From assembly GCA_002104945.1 (NCBI GenBank), contig MCFH01000006.1, positions 992,001 to 1,056,000 on the forward strand: DNA of 64,000 bases. Direction: 5' to 3'. Under the pieces are notes generated by a model. The model was not told the origin of the DNA. It saw only the letters and a list, made by a program, of their open reading frames with translations, and did no database searches. This DNA comes from Piromyces finnis finn (taxonomy: Eukaryota; Fungi; Neocallimastigomycota). Shown piece by piece: positions 60,589 through 64,000 of this stretch. Position 1 is the first letter of the stretch. Every line of letters begins with the position of its first letter. Position numbers and translations under genes: made by a program.

Positions 60589-60683
60589 TTTTTTTTTTTT
60601 TTAACTACCGAGTGCATTTCTCCCATCAATCAGAGTAAGTCCCAAATGGTGGTTCTTAGAGAAATGCTGTCTCCTTCCTATTG
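60589..60683 (-). mobile_element. Short diverged 3' fragment of the SINE family
   Basis: T-run then aactaccgagtgcatttctcccatcaatcagag...ggtggttcttagagaaa, similar to 57817-57895; no clear TSD. Confidence 0.8.
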
Positions 60684-61675
60684 ATTATTTTGGTAAACAC
60701 ACAGTTTATTAAAGTATACTTTGGTAGTTTGCTATATAAAAAATAATGATTTGATATAGTTTTACCTATTATTTAAAAATTTAAAAATCGATTTTATTTT
60801 ATGATAAAAAGTTAAATTAATAATACTTTTTTATATATATATTGTATTATTAAAATCTTAAAGAATATATTTATTATATTTATTATTAATTATATATAAA
60901 AAATATAAAAAATATATATAATAATAATTTACAAAAGTTTAATTAATATATAAATTATAATTTTATTTATTTATTTATTTTTTTTAAATAATTAAATAAT
61001 TGTAAGAGGTAATATTAAAAAAAATAATTATTGATTGATTTTATCAAATAATTAAATATTAAATTTTTAATTAAAAACTTATATTACTAAATTCAAATGA
61101 CAATAAAATAATCAATTAAACAAGCATTCTTAGTATTATTGTAAATTTATATATATTTTTTTTATTTAATTTCATATAAAAATTAATTATTTCTTTTTTG
61201 TAAATAATGAAGGAGAATCATTATTATCATTTTTATTTTGGGTTTTTAACTATTTAGTATTATATATTTTTTATATACTCGATGCTTAATAAAAATATAA
61301 ACTTTTTTTAAAAAGTGTATACAATGTAATTAGAGTTTCATTATAAAAAAAAATTGAAAATAGGTAAATATTAATGCAGAAATAAATAAATAAATACTTA
61401 TTTAATTAGAATCAATAGAATCCATCAATCAGTAAATGAGAATATAAATATATTATTTAATCATATGAAAATGACATAATTCATAAATTAATCATACCAT
61501 TTTGACAAATGTATTATATTATATATTAGAATAGACTATAATATATAGAAATGCATTTATGTTACAGGAAAATTAATATATAGAATTTTTTTGATAGGAT
61601 TTTATCCAATAGTTAAAAATAACTCCCATTTATTTTTAATTATGTTTAAATAAATTAATATTGGCAAAAATAAAA

Positions 61676-61915
<240 letters not shown>

Positions 61916-62679
61916 TTTAATTGATCAAAAGTTATTATAAGTTTTATTAAATGGATAAAGTAATTCATTTTTTATAAACTCTACAATATTATGGAAATAT
62001 AAGAAGAAAACAGATTTTGTATTCTATTACAAAAAATTTTTATAAAATGTTTTTTTTTATTATTATTATTAATTTTCATATATAAATTGAATAATTATGA
62101 AAAAAAAATTTTTTTTCAAAATTTACTTATTGTTTTAAATTTTACATGAAATGATATAACATACCACTTTCTTTTTTTTTTTTAAAAAAATAATTTATAT
62201 TTGATTTGTATAAAATCATAATTAAATGTTATTTGTATATATATATACTAATTTACTAGTTATAAATAAGTAAAATTACGTAAAAATAAAAAAAATTTTA
62301 ATGATTTATTTTGACTGATAATACTTATAACATAGATAATGATTATAATAGTTCCGCAATGCAACAGGAGGAGATGTCTACTTTCTTATAATTCTTAAAT
62401 TCTTTGGTTGACTAGTGTATTTTTTAATAATTAATAAATTATTTTGAATTATTATTTAATTATAATGTATATATTAATTATTATTATTATAGTTTAAAAA
62501 GAAACTTTCACAACTTTTCTTATAAATAGATAATAACATTATTATAGTATTAAAAGATAAAATTTTATATAAATTATATTTTTATAAAATAAGAATAATA
62601 ATATAAAAGAAATATATTTAACTTTAAATATATTCCTAAAATTTTTTATCTTTATCTCTATGTATATTAAAATTTCTAA

Positions 62680-63990
62680 TTACCCTCTTTTTTTCTGGCT
62701 TGAATTTTGATTTGAAGGATTTGTTGTTTTTGTCGCTGAATATATATAAGAATATTTGGGATGAGGATTATAATCCTCTTCATCAGAGGTTGATAAAATC
62801 TCTTCAATTTCTTTTTCAAGATTATTTGAAGAGATTGAATTTATTTTTTTTAAATTAGTATCATGTAAAATGGAATCTAAATTAAAAGATATAGTAGATG
62901 AAGCTGAAAAATTATTATGTTTTTTAGTGTCATTCGATGGTGAAATCCGTTGTTGTTTCGTCATTTTATTTGAGTATGTATTTGAATATTTGTATGGATA
63001 ATGGTGTTGTAATGGTTGCTGACCAGAATTATTGATATAAACATTAGATGATGTAATGGAAGAAGAAAAAATATTACTATTTGAATTTATTTTTTCTGTT
63101 GTTGTTATTGATGATGATGCTGGTGATATACTAATATCTGGTTCATGGTGGTAGTGATAGTAGTTATCAGAAGAATCATATGAATTTTTATTAGGTGATG
63201 AAGTAAACGAAAGTGAAGAAGATTGTGATGAAGAGATCTCGGTATCGAAAAACTGAGAATGATTCGATAATAATAAGGAGGAGGTTTGACTATGTATAGT
63301 ACAGTTTGAATTGGTCTTTTCATTATGTATTGATTTAGTGTTTGTTTTTGATATGATCGGTTCTGTTTTTTCATTTTTTGATAAAAGGGTGGCATTATTA
63401 TACATGGTTTCATTATTGAATTCATTCCTCGGATAATCTTTATTAAATAAAGGATGAAAGGCTTTAGATGGGGTATGACTATGGTCATGCTTTGATTTAT
63501 GAATAAAGTCATTTACTTCTTCATCATGAATTTGATTTTTAATAGGCTTTCGTTGAAATTGTTTTTGATTATTTTTTATATCTCGTTTTTGATGATGATG
63601 ATGACGATGAATTGATGATTGTAATTTCATGGAAGAAATATAAGTAATAGAAGGAATGTCAACTAAAACATCCATTTTTTCATCATCATTATAAATTGTA
63701 TCCATTTCGGTTATGGCTGGTTCTGCTATAATTTCATGCTCTGTTTTAATTTCATTATCAAAATCTAATGAATTTAGGCTAGGAATAAATAAATTTGATG
63801 AAAAAGCTGATGGATGCATCATTTTTTTCACTCTTCTATGAACAAAATGATCTGAATCTTCTGTATTAGATATAGCTTTTTTCTGTTTTTCCTTTTTAGA
63901 TACTAATGGTTCAACGCCTTTTTTTTGATAGGATGATACTTTTTTTTCTGTTACATTTTTAATAGGTAGAATAATATCATTTATTGGCAT
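62680..63990 (-). CDS. Ser/His-rich low-complexity protein, probably 5'-partial
   Basis: 436-aa ORF; the frame stays open to the window edge (CCT GGT GAT ATG); no domain recognised. Confidence 0.65.
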   Translation of the reverse strand: MPINDIILPIKNVTEKKVSSYQKKGVEPLVSKKEKQKKAISNTEDSDHFVHRRVKKMMHPSAFSSNLFIPSLNSLDFDNEIKTEHEIIAEPAITEMDTIYNDDEKMDVLVDIPSITYISSMKLQSSIHRHHHHQKRDIKNNQKQFQRKPIKNQIHDEEVNDFIHKSKHDHSHTPSKAFHPLFNKDYPRNEFNNETMYNNATLLSKNEKTEPIISKTNTKSIHNEKTNSNCTIHSQTSSLLLSNHSQFFDTEISSSQSSSLSFTSSPNKNSYDSSDNYYHYHHEPDISISPASSSITTTEKINSNSNIFSSSITSSNVYINNSGQQPLQHHYPYKYSNTYSNKMTKQQRISPSNDTKKHNNFSASSTISFNLDSILHDTNLKKINSISSNNLEKEIEEILSTSDEEDYNPHPKYSYIYSATKTTNPSNQNSSQKKRG

Positions 63991-64000
63991 ATCACCAGGA

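Overview
AT-rich eukaryotic DNA, very likely from an anaerobic gut fungus (Neocallimastigomycota): intergenic DNA is extremely AT-rich, host genes have short GT-AG introns, and two GH48 cellulases carry fungal dockerins. In order, the window holds: the 3' half of a Ty1/copia element; spliced genes for an LDAH-like hydrolase, a syntaxin and an LMW-PTP; four copies of one APE-RT non-LTR retrotransposon (one intact) interleaved with two apparently identical GH48 CDSs; a 4.9-kb LTR element; an inverted gene pair encoding a secreted Pro/Glu/Thr-rich KTLP-repeat protein; a Q-rich ORF; three copies of a tRNA-headed SINE; microsatellites; and a 5'-partial ORF. The standout is the LTR element at 38510-43405. 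It has identical 216-bp LTRs, a 5-bp TSD, a PPT and a PBS matching the tRNA-Lys(CUU) anticodon arm, but carries an intact, intronless, secreted phage-type (GH24) lysozyme gene and no recognisable gag-pol. Other notable observations are Smaug/Vts1-type hairpins conserved in both inferred GH48 5' UTRs and a SINE-LINE pair sharing a covarying RNA structure. Everything was read by eye; no alignments or database searches were run.
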